Source: Trichoplax sp. H2
Lineage: Eukaryota
Length of the DNA: 64,000 nucleotides
NCBI GenBank assembly: GCA_003344405.1
Contig: NOWV01000032.1
Coordinates: forward strand, 62,001 to 126,000
Direction: 5' to 3'
Every line of letters begins with the position of its first letter. Position 1 is the stretch's first letter. The notes below the pieces were generated by a model. That model made no database searches. It was not told the origin of the DNA and worked only from the letters and a program-made list of their open reading frames with translations. Positions 28,560 through 42,610 of this stretch are shown here, in pieces. The position numbers and the translations under genes are program-made.

Positions 28560-31500
28560 TCATTCAACTCTCGGAAGTGAATGCAGACTATTTGACTGTA
28601 CCATTTTCTTAATTTCATCTTGCAAACTTTCAAATTGCTTTCCTACTGTTTCATGGAGGGCATTCATACGATCCGATAGAATGCTTATATTCTTAGTAAG
28701 GTTATCAATTCTTAAATCAAAGTTTTTAGATGGTTATTAACGCATGGTTTTCAATTATCAACAATATTCTTAATAATCTTATATCTACAATATCAACCAA
28801 TCTTTATACCAAATTAAACTCAAAAACACTATTATTATGACTATTTGAATTAACCTCAAGTAAACTTATGCAAAAGAATAGATCACATTTTGTATCCCTA
28901 GCTTGGTAATCCGAGATTCTAAAAAATTTATTATATACTGGCTAATTTTAGCCTGAAAACTAACTATACTAACGAATTCTAGGGCAATATACCGTTTTAC
29001 TTAAACCTAATGTATACTACTTGAAAGAAGTGATAGATGTTAGCTGAAGTAACTTTTAGGTGTAGTACTATATGCAGTTTTAGATGAACAAATTATAGAA
29101 TTCTTTATGAAAGACTTTAAATGTCATACTTAAAAATGTTTATGAAATTGTACTTGTTTAAGTATGATAATTATATTACAGTAGTATTTATGATAGTAAT
29201 TATGGTGGGTAGACTTGCAGTTTCAAATGTAAAATGGAATGGATGGCACTACATATGATCATACGAATATTTAACGAATTTGTTCATGCATAATTTTTGG
29301 AAAGAAAACCAGAAATTAAAAATTATTTTGTACTATTAAAGTCCCATTTGCAAATTTTACTTTTCAGAATATGCACATTTCAAAACATAAATAAGATCTT
29401 ACAAATTGTACTTGAATGGAATTATCTAGTTGACGATACCTTTGTTCCTGATCTTTCAATTGATCACAGACTACTGTTAATTTGTCTTTCTCTTTCTTAG
29501 GGTCTTCATGATCCTTAGTAGTGTCTAAAATTCCGCTATCTTTCCAACTGGAGTTGAATTCTTCATCACTCATCTGAAATTTCAGCGAATGAGTAAGTAA
29601 TTAATGATAAAATTTAAAGAAATTATAAATATCTTCTAAAATTGCATGGGTATACCAAAATGTTTGGCGGACATAAGCTAACAAAGAATTCTTTTTAAGT
29701 TCGCCTTACATTTTCCAAATCTTTGGTGATATATTCAGTTTGAAATCCGATATAGAAGTAATGTTTAAACCTGAATGGAAAAGTTCTTTCTAAATTATCT
29801 AAGTATTCCAGGCGTGATGATAACATTCTCAAATCTGCTTCACGCCTAACTTTATCAATATCACCGACAGCTAGACCAACCTAATTAACGTACAATCCAA
29901 AAATTGAAACTATCAGATTATGGTGTTATTTCGATAGCAATAAATAGTAGGCAGTTTTGAAAAAAAAATAATAGAGATTTTCTTCACGCGTAAGTTAGCT
30001 TATGTACCATTAAATTCATAACGATCACTGGCATAATAAAAATGAAGACTCCAATCATAAGTAATGAGACCACACTTTCTGGCATCACAATTTCTCCAGA
30101 TTTAATATTATCAAACCATGTACCATCATAATCCATTTCACCAATCATCATATTCAAAACTTTTATAAATGCGAGTGGCAGGCTGTAAAATGTTGCCTAT
30201 AAGAAGGAGTGAGAAAAATCTACTATTAGTACTATTGTATTTTAAATTAAAGGTTCGAGTAAGCTTTCGATATGTCCTAACAGAGATTACGATGTCTATT
30301 GCCATCTGTCTTTCATGAGAAATTTCATGTTAAAAAGTTAAGAATTCCACAAGAAAGACAAAATATTTACGGTTTCCTTACTTGTCTAGGGTTTAATATG
30401 GTAAAACTGAGTGCAAAGCCCATGGATAAGATCACAACAATACCTAAAGTCTGGGATAGTATAATTAATAATATAATTTGCAATCGATGAAGCAATACTT
30501 TATTAATACGAATATGATTTAAATGGTTCCATTAATATAAACTGCAGAATACAATAGTAACTGTCAAATGTATAGAACACGTAACGAAAATGGATATTCT
30601 AGGCTGAGGTATAAACTAGGCTGTTTCCTCGATTATTATTGTAATAAGAATCTAGCTCTTCAATCATATGCTATTTATAGGGTTAATAAAGGATATGAGA
30701 GGAATAGCTTACTTATAAGAACTAAGAATCAATGAAGTTGTCATAGTGCTAGCTTTACCAGTTAATATGTACGGTATAACTATCGTGAATCGTCTTCACG
30801 ATTATTGCATGTTCACTAATATTATTTAGTTAATTTTACGATTATTTTAATTTAATACTCATTTATCCAATTACTGCACTGTTGTAGCTATAGAATTTTT
30901 TAGTGGTAAATCGGCACTGCTAATTAAAATATCAATATAAAATTATGCATTTGTATTTTCTAAATAATGTGAAAAAAATTCATTTAATGTATATCTTACA
31001 TTGACTACCGTTGCTAAGACAGATTGAAGCATGTGAACATAAACGCCAATAAAATCTAGCCTGTGAATTTAAAAATAATTATTAGTGAACCATCAAAGTA
31101 TTGAAAATTACAGTTATCAATAAAAAGTTATAAGTTTTGTCACAAACATTTATAGTAAATAAGTGACTTTGGCCTACTATCCACTATAAGCTTATAGAAA
31201 TTAAAATTCAATTATACCTTTCCATTGCTAATAGAAGATTGACATAAGCAAGAAAAATTATAACGCTGTAGAGGGTATAAGTGATGTCGGCAACCGTTAT
31301 AAATCCAGTTGCCATGAGAGACAGGTATATTGCGAGATCGATATAGTTAGAAAATGATTTGAAGTAATGCATTCCCTGCACGTTGAAATAAGTTCATTAA
31401 AAGTAATACAATGATTTAAATTCATTATTTGTTATAAATATACATTATTATATTTGTACAACAGAATAAGGAGTGCGTTGCAGTTGTACATGTGGCCACT

Positions 31501-34500
31501 GGAAATAAGGACATTCTAAGTCAACATACGCGTAAACACTGGCAAAGGATAGTAATCAAGTCTAGAATGATCTTTTGTTCGACTGCTTTTATGATCTCTG
31601 AGAATATTAAATCATTTTTTCATTGCTACATGAAATAGTCATAACTTTAAAGCCTTCAGATTCATTGTAATATCACTGATTTAATCAATACTATAGTTAA
31701 TTAGGTGTAATTACTGTACAAAAATATCGACATTAGACGAGTTTGAATCAGCACTTCTGCAGACACAAATATTATTCGTTATTTATTTGTTTATAGCAAT
31801 GGGTACAAAATCTTCTGTGTTATTAGTTAGGGATGCAGTAAACAAGTTTGAAGGTTTCTTTTCACTACCGAAGCTTACTTGATTATATAGTTGAAATATC
31901 TCTTTAGTCAAATTTATCCATGCGAAAACTCCCAAAAATTCTACAAGAGCTGCTAAATTGGCATCAGTCTGTTATTCAGAAAATAATTTCAAAATTAATA
32001 TCTTTTACAACTAGTGTGAGAGCATTTGTAATTTTATAATAATAGTAAATATTATTTTCTATCTAACACGATACGGCGGAAGCGTAGCATTAACTGGTGC
32101 GCTCTTGGAATTAAGTTCAAATGTAGGTTTCCGAGTAGCTGCTGATGTGGTAGGTAGTCTTCCGCTGGACGCCCAGTCTAATCCCTTAATTGGTTCTCTT
32201 TCAAAGGTATAAAATACATAAATATCTTCGGCATAGATAATATATACTGTTAATGCCACCACAAAGGCGAGATAGATACATAAATTCACATAATAAAAGT
32301 ATTGACCATATTTTCTCCTATATGAAGATGAATTACATTTGATCGCGTTTAGTGAAATATATTATCAAAATATCAAGATCCTAGTATTATTCATTAAGGA
32401 AAGCATCGATTTAATGATACTTTCATCGAAATATAGAAAGATAAATTTTGATAATTAGCTATAGCAACAAAATATACTGACCATTTTGCATCTCGGAGTT
32501 TAGCAGCTAAGGGATGATTTAATAAATCAATATTTCTCGACTCCATCATTGTCTTTCACAGATAAATTAAGAATTTTATATTAATTTTTCAAAGGCATAC
32601 TTAAAATTTAGAAGACGTCTACCCTTATTAACATTTTTGGGTCATGATTAGTTATGGCTGATGTTAAAATTACTTATCGTAAAAAATAGAAATACAAGAG
32701 TGTACTCTTATCAAAGAATTGCAGTCGATTATTAGTCCATTTAATTTAGAGTATTTAAATTTTGTTTCAGCTGCACTAATATTTGTAGAAAATTCGATAT
32801 TCAAAGTGCTCGAAAAGTGTGGTGCATAAGTTGAAAAGCTTAATAGATCAGTTCTTCTTCCTTGACACTTTTAACTGATTCATGGTATTTTAGTTGAGAA
32901 AAATGTATTTAAAATCCTATTTATTTTACTAGCAAAATTATAACCAATTTTATACGGTGCCGTTATTTCTCCTCAGGATTCATCTCTTGAGGTTATCATA
33001 TTCAAAAAATAGTAGTCGTCAGAAATATTAGTGTATTTAAGTATGGTTGCTTACAATTAGGCCATTTCTTTTATGTGGACTTTTGGCATATTTACCAGTT
33101 ACTTTAACTTCTGGATTAGGATCAAGTAATGAAAAGTCGTAAAGTGTTTCAACCCGCTGTTCGTGGATCAAAAGAGTGGTATGAAGTAAGTTAAAAATTT
33201 TCCTCTGTCTTTTTTCCATAAGCCTTAATAAGCTCAATAGTTTAGCAGTTACATAAACTATAATCTTTACGTCTTTGAAAATGTAATAATTTACCCTGTA
33301 AGATTTTTTACTTTCATCGATAAATTTCGTTTCTTGTCGTGAAATACTGGAATCCATGACTGTCTAGTAATTGAATAGCAAATTTAAATAGAGGCACGAG
33401 CAAAAATTTTCGCGGATTTGTAGTGCCTAAGGAATATTAAATTTACCCGTAGTTACTGTGGTGTTAACTGGACTTTAAACTTACTTTTGCGACATTGGGT
33501 AAATTTTGAATCATATGCTGCATCGTCGTTCGACCATCTTTGTTTATGCGTTTCAAAAGCAGCTTACCACTATAAAAAGCGAAGTCGAGAATAATCAAAT
33601 AAAATTGTATTCTTGAATCAGTTACAGCTTAAAAATATTTCTATTGCTTTGATTTAACTTAATATATTTGTTTATTTTTTTATCACAACGTGTATGTGTA
33701 TATACAGATCTTTATTTGTATGATCGATAACTTACTTTGCATGATTAATAAATATATTAGCGACACTTTCTTGCTTATAATGGATAGCAAAATCTAGACT
33801 AGTTAGGTTATTAACGTCGGTTGTCATTAAATTAGCTCCGTGCTTTAATAAAAGAACCGCAATTTCGGCATATCCTTGAGCTGCCGCTATATGTAAAAGT
33901 GTTTCCTGTTTTAACGACAAGATAAAATTGAAGCAGTCAAATAATTTTCTTACGATTATAACAGTCGAAGTAGAATATTAATATGGTACTAACTATTCGA
34001 AGAGAACTAGAAAAGCGCAGTATATTTAGCATCATAATTTAACAGATTGTAATGTAATCTATGATTCTAGCTCTTTCTAAAATATAAGTAGTTTAGATTG
34101 TTCTTAACTATATATAATTTTTTACCATCCTCCGTATTACTACATATTCAGATACAGATTGCACTGTTTAGTTATTTACTCTTACAGCATTCATAGTATT
34201 CATTTTTCTTGAAATTATTTCCTATCGGATGGATTATTACGGTATTTGTTGTATTTAATTTTACAATCTTACTCTGCATGTGCTCTATCTTCAAGCTATA
34301 CGAAGAGATACCGCCGACCTCTGTTTATAATTCAGTGGCTGCAATATTTGCTGTGTAGTACCGAATTTCTCCCGTTACTTCACAAGAGCTTACGCGCCCC
34401 TCTACAGCAATTAATATTATCGCACGATTTCTAGTCTATGATAAAGTATCCAATTTTTACTGAATATATCTGTTTTTAGCTTCGAATGGCAGCTAACTCA

Positions 34501-37500
34501 AGTTCTACCCTCTATTACGTAAACCAAAATCGTTCTTGACAAGAAAAATCTCCCTAGCGGATGCTATAACTAATATTTACCATCGCACTAGCGATAGCTA
34601 GTAAACGAATAAGCAAAGTAAAATAATATTTAAAGTGTAAGATAATTACAGTTACTTCTTACTTCAGAACTATTAGTAACGTTAGCTGAAACTCCATATT
34701 GTAATAGAATGTTAACAATATTAGCATAGCCAGAGCGTACGGCAATTTCGATGGGGGTGGTATAACTGCCATCTCTATTTAGAAATTGAAGGAATAAAAT
34801 CAGTTAATTTGACTTTGTACACGTCGAGCAGTGGGGGGATTATGTGTGATGATTTTTGGGTGATACAATACATTACTTATTGCAAATTAATACTTCCGTT
34901 CTGCATTTATATCGACTGTAAATCTTGCTTGCAAAGCTAGATCTAAGAAGCTCACTGTTTATTCTATACTGTAGATAGTAAGGAATATAATGTAGTCTAT
35001 TATGTATTAGTATGCATATATATGGTTCAATATACACAGTAAAAATACGATCAGCATTAACGGAAATTGTAAGTGTTTCTGACAGCCCCAGCAAAGTAAA
35101 TATACTTGCCTTTTATCGGCATTAGCCCCGAAATTCAAGCAAAATTCAGTTGCTTCTGGATTACAAGATAGCACTGCCATATGTAATGGAGTTCTAGAAT
35201 TTTCACCTAAGCTATTAATCAATGACGGTACTTGCTGACTTATATATTGAATAGTTCGCATGTTACCATTTCTAGAAATAAAGAGCAATACAATCTTAAA
35301 TTTATTTTAAATTGTGCTGTACTGTATATTCCTGAGAACTGTAGACAATTTATCACTTGAAATGAAACGAGTTACGATTGACATTGCTTGTGTAAACTCG
35401 TATTTCTAATTCGAATTTAAATAGTAACTTCACACATAACTTATATCATAAAGGAATGAAATTTTCATTGCAGTTTCCTTAGCATTTAATATTTATGATG
35501 AAACTTATACATAAAAAATAAATATTGACTTACAAGCATGCAAGATGAAGGGGTGTGTTATCGTCGCCGTCACTGACATCTATCAGTGCACCTTTACTTG
35601 CTAATAGCCTTATGATCTATAATATTACCAAGAGATAATCTTTTTCACAGAGCGAACAATAATATAGCTTTAAATAAAATCTTTAAGGGATCTATTACTG
35701 CAAATAAATATGTAGCTTAACGAAGCAATGTAATTCATTTTCCTAATTCTAGGAAACTGCTGGCAATTGTATCGTCAATTATATTACCAAGTAATTTTAT
35801 AGCTACTGCTGCACTATTAGTGTCAACTAAAATGTTGTATAATTTTGATTCGCACTAAATTGGAAAAATTATGCTATAAGTTATCAAGAATACTTACATT
35901 ATAATTTCCAGCTTCGGCAGCACAATGCATGGCCGTCCTTCCTCTTGAATCAATCTCATTTAAAAGATTGATTGCTTCATTCTGTGTAATATTAAATATG
36001 CATTCTATAATAAGTTATTAATATTAACTTTTGCAAACATTGCTTAGAAAGAATGCTCTATAATAACTATAATTTTATTACAGTACATAAGCTTGAACCC
36101 TTATTTTAAACACTTTCAATCACAGAGCTAATAATAGACTTCCTATTTCCGTAAATATAAAGGTGAAATTCTTAAATTTGTAACAATAAGTAGAATAAGA
36201 CGTATACAGCTTCAAGTAGAGGACGTTGTTTTTCGTAGAAAGGTAATTTCCTTACTTAAGTATTAACGAATAATATAACCTCTATTTATACCCGGTGTAT
36301 TTTATTCTATTATAAAGTATTTTTTTAATCTATAAAAAATCGTAGCAAGTTTTAATTGCTAATTTCCTGTTTGATTGCTTAAAATCTTTATAATAAAGTA
36401 AAAGCAAGCATTAATGAACTTACTGAAAGTAATTCTTGCATAACGGCTATCCGATTCTGAACAGCTGCCATGTGAATACAGGATTGATTGCGATCATCAT
36501 ATATCATAACACTAGCGTTTCTTGATAATAAGTATTGAAGAGTTTCTAGTTTATCTTTTTCGATTGCATGATGTACCGCTGATTTATGCCGACCATCCAC
36601 GCTGTCAATATTTGCACCCTAAATTTTGTGGTAATGATAGTTATAAATTTTTTACGAATTTAAAAAGCAGCAGCATTAAATTTCAATCTTAGATTGTATA
36701 GTGACGATTAACAGAATTAAACTGCGTGATTGTAATGTAGATTATTGCAGTAGGGTAGTGACATATTATGAAATTAGCAGGATTAATTACAGTAAGTCAG
36801 AGCGTTCAGCGATAAAGCTAGCATTGGTATAAACTATTAATATTGTGATAATAATGAAACTAATTATGGTGTCCAAGAATACAAATTCTTACATTTTTTA
36901 GCAAATGTTCTATAATATCAATGTAACCACAGGATGAAGCTATGTGCAGGGGAGTTCTATAAGAATTATCCCGTGCTTCGAATTCAGCACCATGAGTAAT
37001 TAGTACTTTAACGGCTTCAATTCGTCCTGATGCAACGGCAACATGGAGTGGAGTTTGACCATCTTTCTGTTAGGCAATGAAGTAGTAGAAAATTTTAAAT
37101 GCAATCAGACCAATTGATGAAATCATTTGTTTCAATTTAAAAAGAAATTAAAATGACACTTAGCTACACTAATCACTATATAGCATATGCTTCTTATTTT
37201 TAGAAATTACCTGGACAGCAAATATGTTACCACCAGATTCAATGCATAACTTCAAAGCCTTCAATTTTAATAATATACCGTATGCCATAAGACAAATAGA
37301 ATGAGTATAATCAGCTCTTATTTTGATTTATGTACATTGTAGTGTAGCTACTGAACGTACATCCTTCCGGCCTTTCTGGGATGCTTTATGTAATGGTGTT
37401 TGCTGCTCATTATCTTGTGCATTAATTTGATCGATAACTGAAAAATCAGCCTTGGAATAATCTAGTAGTAACTTTATAACGTTTATGGAACCTTTAGCTG

Positions 37501-39445
37501 CAGCATAATGTATTGGAACACTTCCGTTAATGGATTTTGTGCTGATGTTCGCGCCTCTTTCCAACTACAATCACGTATAGAGTCTTTAGAATTATGTTTA
37601 ATATTTTACTGGATAGCACTAACTGCAAAAAAATTACTGCTGGCAGTAAATGGGCTCCAACTCATACAGCTTTAAAAGCAATAATATTGTACTATCATGA
37701 CGGTTACATACAATATATGTGTAGAAGTTGATACAGATTTGGAACTTACTAGTGTTAAACAAACATCTGCCCTGCCTTTCATAGACGCCAAGTGTAATGC
37801 ACTCATCATATCTTTGTCAGTTTGATCAAGTAGCGTAGGGCAGGTATCTAATAAAACCTAGATCAAGATACTTTCAGATTTTTATTTGCCCTCTTTGGAT
37901 ACACTGCATTATTCAGTATCGTACAATTTCTGCACCATTACCGCAAGGAAAATAAATTATAGTATTACCTTACATGCTTCAACGTGACCTAATCGACTTG
38001 CATGATGCAAAGCAGTTTCTCCATTAGCATCAGTAATGTTCAAGGAGCAGTTACGAATAATTAACATTCTGAGAGCTTCCACGGCGTTGTATTTAGAAGC
38101 AATAACTGTAGGCGATACACCGTCGCTCCCAATACAATTTATGTCTGTAAATTAATGACTCTATTTTCAGAAGCTTCAATTGAGAGTATATAAAGTAAGA
38201 CATTATTTAAGGGCTACTTTACTTTAAAAATAAATTACCAGTAATTTTTAAAACGAATACTGTATGTGATACTATAAATATGCTGAAAACATATCTATAC
38301 GAATACTACTGATCCTTCATAAAATATTATCGGAGCTAGTGTTAGCATAAAAATGTAACTTTTTATAATCACTAACATTAGATAAATTTAAATAAATTAT
38401 GAAGGTCTTTAGCTAAATACACAACAACTAAATTTACAATCGTGTACAACATTTGACAATTAATATGTTTCGTAAGTTGTTGACAGTATCTTGAAGTAGG
38501 ACATACTAGCACCTTAAATTACGAAGTTAGTCTAAAGGAGAAATTTCCGTAAATAAAATTGTAAAATTTTGTTCGCTAACTTAGTTGCAAGCCTGATAGA
38601 GCTACCGTGTAATTCCGTGATGTATTTATTATTTCTACTTTGTTTCAGATTACTATCGAAGAAGATTAAGAAGTCTTGATGTATTAAGCCTAATTTGGAT
38701 TGATATTGCAAAAAATTTCGATTTAATTCATCAAAACTCTCTAATCTACCTTTATGGCTATCTAAAACTTAATGCTAGAAGATTTATATTGTTTATTGGC
38801 ACTGAATTATTATCCATATGTACGTATATTATATTTTCAGCTTACGGTAAGGTATATCATAAATCTAATATAAAATAGAGTAAGCTACCAGCTTTACAAT
38901 TAAAATGGCCCACACCAACCATAATATTATCATTTATAAGTTTTACAAAGATTATACGCATACAGGATTTCTTACCGGCTCCATATGCAAGCAATTTGTC
39001 AATAATTTTTGTACGATTATACTTTGCTGCATAATGAAGGGGAGACAAATTATGTTGATCCAAACAGTTGCACTCGAATCCATTTCCTGTGCCATCATTG
39101 AAATACCGTTCTAGAACGGCGACATCGCCAGATTTTGCTGCCTGGTTAGGAACAATTGATAACGCAAATGCAATGACGAATCAAAAATTACTTTATTAAT
39201 ATATTCAATCTCAGCACTAGTGTATCTCTAATATAATTAGCAATTAATCATATTTGATTACATATATATTATTAATGTACCCAAAAGAGATCTCTGTTGC
39301 GATCATTATCGTTGGTCATCCTGTACTGACTAATAACGGATGATCGCAATTCAGAGGGGAGTATATTACTGGCTTGCTTGCTTTCCTGACGATCGATCCC
39401 TCTATTTTCAGTCCTGCTCCATATTCTTAAATTTGTTATTGACAT
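28560..39445 (-). CDS. TRPA1: TRPA1-like ankyrin-repeat cation channel, copy C (26 exons)
   Basis: Exon 1 39445-39281 (MSITNLRIW...RDLFW). Ankyrin exons lie at about 39141-33736. Pre-S1 is DLLNHPLAAKLRDAKW|RKYGQY. Pore/S6 exon 30196-30008 has MMIGEMDY...MPVIVMNLM, then VGLAVGDIDKVRREA. Last exon 28710-28560 ends ...SLPRVE*. One GC-AG intron is needed (donor 35109-35108). Confidence 0.92.
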
Positions 39446-40357
39446 GATGATAATGCCAAATTTTAAAATGTAAGAATTTGTCTAAATTATAATTACATGC
39501 GACAATTTCGATAGATTTCTTAGCCACGAAAAGTTCTTCAACTAATAAGTACGTTTGATATGTTTACTGAATTATATATCCTTTCTAGAAAATAGCATGC
39601 TATACATGGTGATTGTCTGATGCTATTATGCTAATTATTTTATTTGTACTACCCTTACATTATCTTAGTCTATTAATGGAAGAATTTATTATTTACTATA
39701 ATAGCTTCATTAATATTAATTATTCAACGGTTAGAAACGATACTACGTATAATTTAATCATTTAAACTGTCATATTTAAACTGTTTTACTCAGGAAACGG
39801 TCGCTATAGTCCATAGGCGAACGCTACTACTTTGTATGTTATTCATCCGAATGTAATAGAATTAATAGAAGCGACTTTTGATTTTAGGGTGTGGTTATGT
39901 CAATAGTGCTAGTTATCCTTGTTATACCGGATTTTGATTAAGGCCGCCCTAAAAAATGCCCGTATTATAATAATAATTATAGGATTAGTAACTACGGTTT
40001 CGAACCAGTTCATGGTATGACATTAATCATTTAACATTTGACTTGCAATGATACATTCATTACAAATCTGATATTCGCTGAGCGATCAACGATAAACTGA
40101 AAAATTTGTTACGCTAAGAAATTAGAATTCTTAATAAGTCAATTTATTCTTTTGATAGCTTGTGCGTCCTGTAACACTATAAGCCGAATTTACAAATACT
40201 TGTAATGGAAAATGCATAAGCACATACTTTAACTTGAAGAACCTTGGCTCTTAATTGATGCCGTACTTGTTGTGGTATTACAACATTGAATTTGATCTAA
40301 CTATAACTACAATTGCAAATGCATTATTAGAAAGATGCTGCGCCATAATCTATTTCT

Positions 40358-41221
40358 ATGAAACATAAAGTTTTTTGATTGTTAAAATATAAGAAACACT
40401 GGCAGCCAGCCCTTTTGTAGTAAGCGCTACTTGCTTACCATTACAATTCGATTAAACTCTATTAAAATTACTGTAACTGCTATTGCGGACCATTGTATCT
40501 TGGTCTGAGAGTATCTGTTTCCATTTAGCCATATTAAGATTGCATGAAGCTATATCAAATTGATGCTTGTCGAAACGGTATGTTAATTTCCTCTTCTCAC
40601 AAACTGCTGGAGTTGAAAGCCTTTAGTTCCTCTGTCATTATGTAGTAAAAGGACTAAAAGTAGAATCCTTTGTGGTTTTTTTAGTTTGTAATTAGTATTA
40701 TTTTACTATAGAAAATACCTAGAAAGTGATAGTGTCTTTAAGTTTTACCCTGCCAAATCATCATGTCGTCATCTTTTCTTCTTCATTATTTTACAAGGTA
40801 TTAGATAGATTACTATAGAAGTAGCCCTATAGAGCAAATGCCTAATCTAAAGAAAGGGCGTTTGATCGTCTATTCAAATTGTAAAGAAATTTGACTTAGT
40901 AGCAAAACCCTATCCTTAGAGAAAGGGGATTTATAACATGACGATANNNNNNNNNNNNNNNNNNNNATGAAACATAAAGTTTTTTGATTGTTAAAATATA
41001 GGAAACACTGGCTGCCAGCCATTTCGTAGTAAGCGCTACTTGCTTACCATTACAATTCGATTAAACTCTATTAAAATTACTGTAACTGCTATTGCGGACC
41101 ATTATATCTTGGTCTGAGAGTGTCTGTTTCCATTTAGCCATATTAAGATTGCATGAAGCTATATCAAATTGATGCTTGTCGAAATGCTGGAGTTGAAAGC
41201 CTTTAGTTCCTCTGTCATTAT
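40358..41221. repeat. Near-identical duplication (about 255 bp) on both sides of a 20-N assembly gap
   Basis: atgaaacataaagttttttg...ctctgtcattat occurs at 40358-40641 and 40967-41221, with about 6 substitutions and a 29-nt indel. Ns occupy 40947-40966. Confidence 0.9.
40947..40966. other. Assembly gap (20 N)
   Basis: Run of 20 n characters. Confidence 1.
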
Positions 41222-42610
41222 ATGAATTTCAGTATTCAGAAGACAGCTCGCTCTATAATATTGCCTATATGTGAATCTTACAAAGAGATTCTTAGAAAAC
41301 CGTTATATACGTACAGTAAGATAGGGCTATAGTAAAAGAATTTAGTTTACTTATATTCTAAAATCTGCATGGATCCAAATTGCATTATTGTAATAACGTT
41401 TTATATTTCATGTGATCTTAAAAATTTGGGTGAAATATGCGAAATATAATCTTTCGAAAAGTGATAATACTGTATCGCATGATTCAAGTCTTTTGATTAA
41501 CTGCTTAATGATTATACATCTAGAATTTAGAATGCGTCTGTGAAAATACGGGGTTTACCTTGACTTAATCCAGTTTTACAATTAAAAGAAATTCACTCGA
41601 TTAAGATAAAATTTAGGTATATTATATAAGACATGTAATTAGTTACAACTAGATTGCATTCGCACTTGTATTGCTTAATTAGCAAAATTACTATTAATAT
41701 TCCTTTATCTCATAATACTAGATATATTTCTGCACAGATGGTAAAATATACTGCACAAGACATTTACGAACCGACTAATAATAAAATACGCACTACGAAG
41801 GATCGAAAATAATAAGTAGAATAATCTTTCTTACTTATCCCGATTTCTTTAGAACAACAGTTGTACTTAACAGAGGCATTTATTTTAAATTGTTTTCGTC
41901 AAATCTCTTTAGTACAGAATAACATAAATATGGCTTAACTAGGTAAGATCCTAGACCTTGAAAAAATATTACAGTCAATATTCAATAACATGCATAATTA
42001 AATTCAATAATTTAAAATTTCTGAATTATAAGCAAAAGATCTCAGAAACCGTCTAAACCTACACCGATATTTCAATCCCAAAATTCAGCTAAAGCTTGAT
42101 ATAAGTATTTGAAACGATATCATAATGAAGACTTCATTTTTATGTAAATTCAATTTCTATGCGAGTAATCACATAATATGTTTATTATGGTTATAACGAA
42201 TACTAAAACTATCGTAAGTCGAAGGTAGAAATAGTCGCGAGCCTAAATCCATAGATGACTGAAACGAACAGTCCAGCATCTTAACTAATGATATCAACAT
42301 CATCATGACAGAGTTCGAAGATAAGCAAACGGATTTAGATATAGCATCTGGCTATTCGTCGTACTGCGGTACACAATTACAGTACATTAATAATTAAGAG
42401 TGTATTTTGGTATTAAATCGTAAAAATTTGCCCTGAAATGAGACTTCTCTCTTATTTTACATATGATATTACCAAAACCACCTTATCCACTGATTGGATA
42501 GCTCATACCGGAAGTAGTATATTTAATTCTGAGCATAATTTAATATTACAACCATGAAATTGATTTTTTCAATATTCAATTTACTATTACGCTGGCAAAT
42601 CAATGTCATA

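Noticed and set aside
5328..38905. Short plus-strand ORFs (e.g. 5328-5579, 10392-10589, 18601-18792, 25109-25351, 38905-39114)
   Set aside because: They are antisense shadows of the minus-strand TRPA exons and carry no independent motifs.
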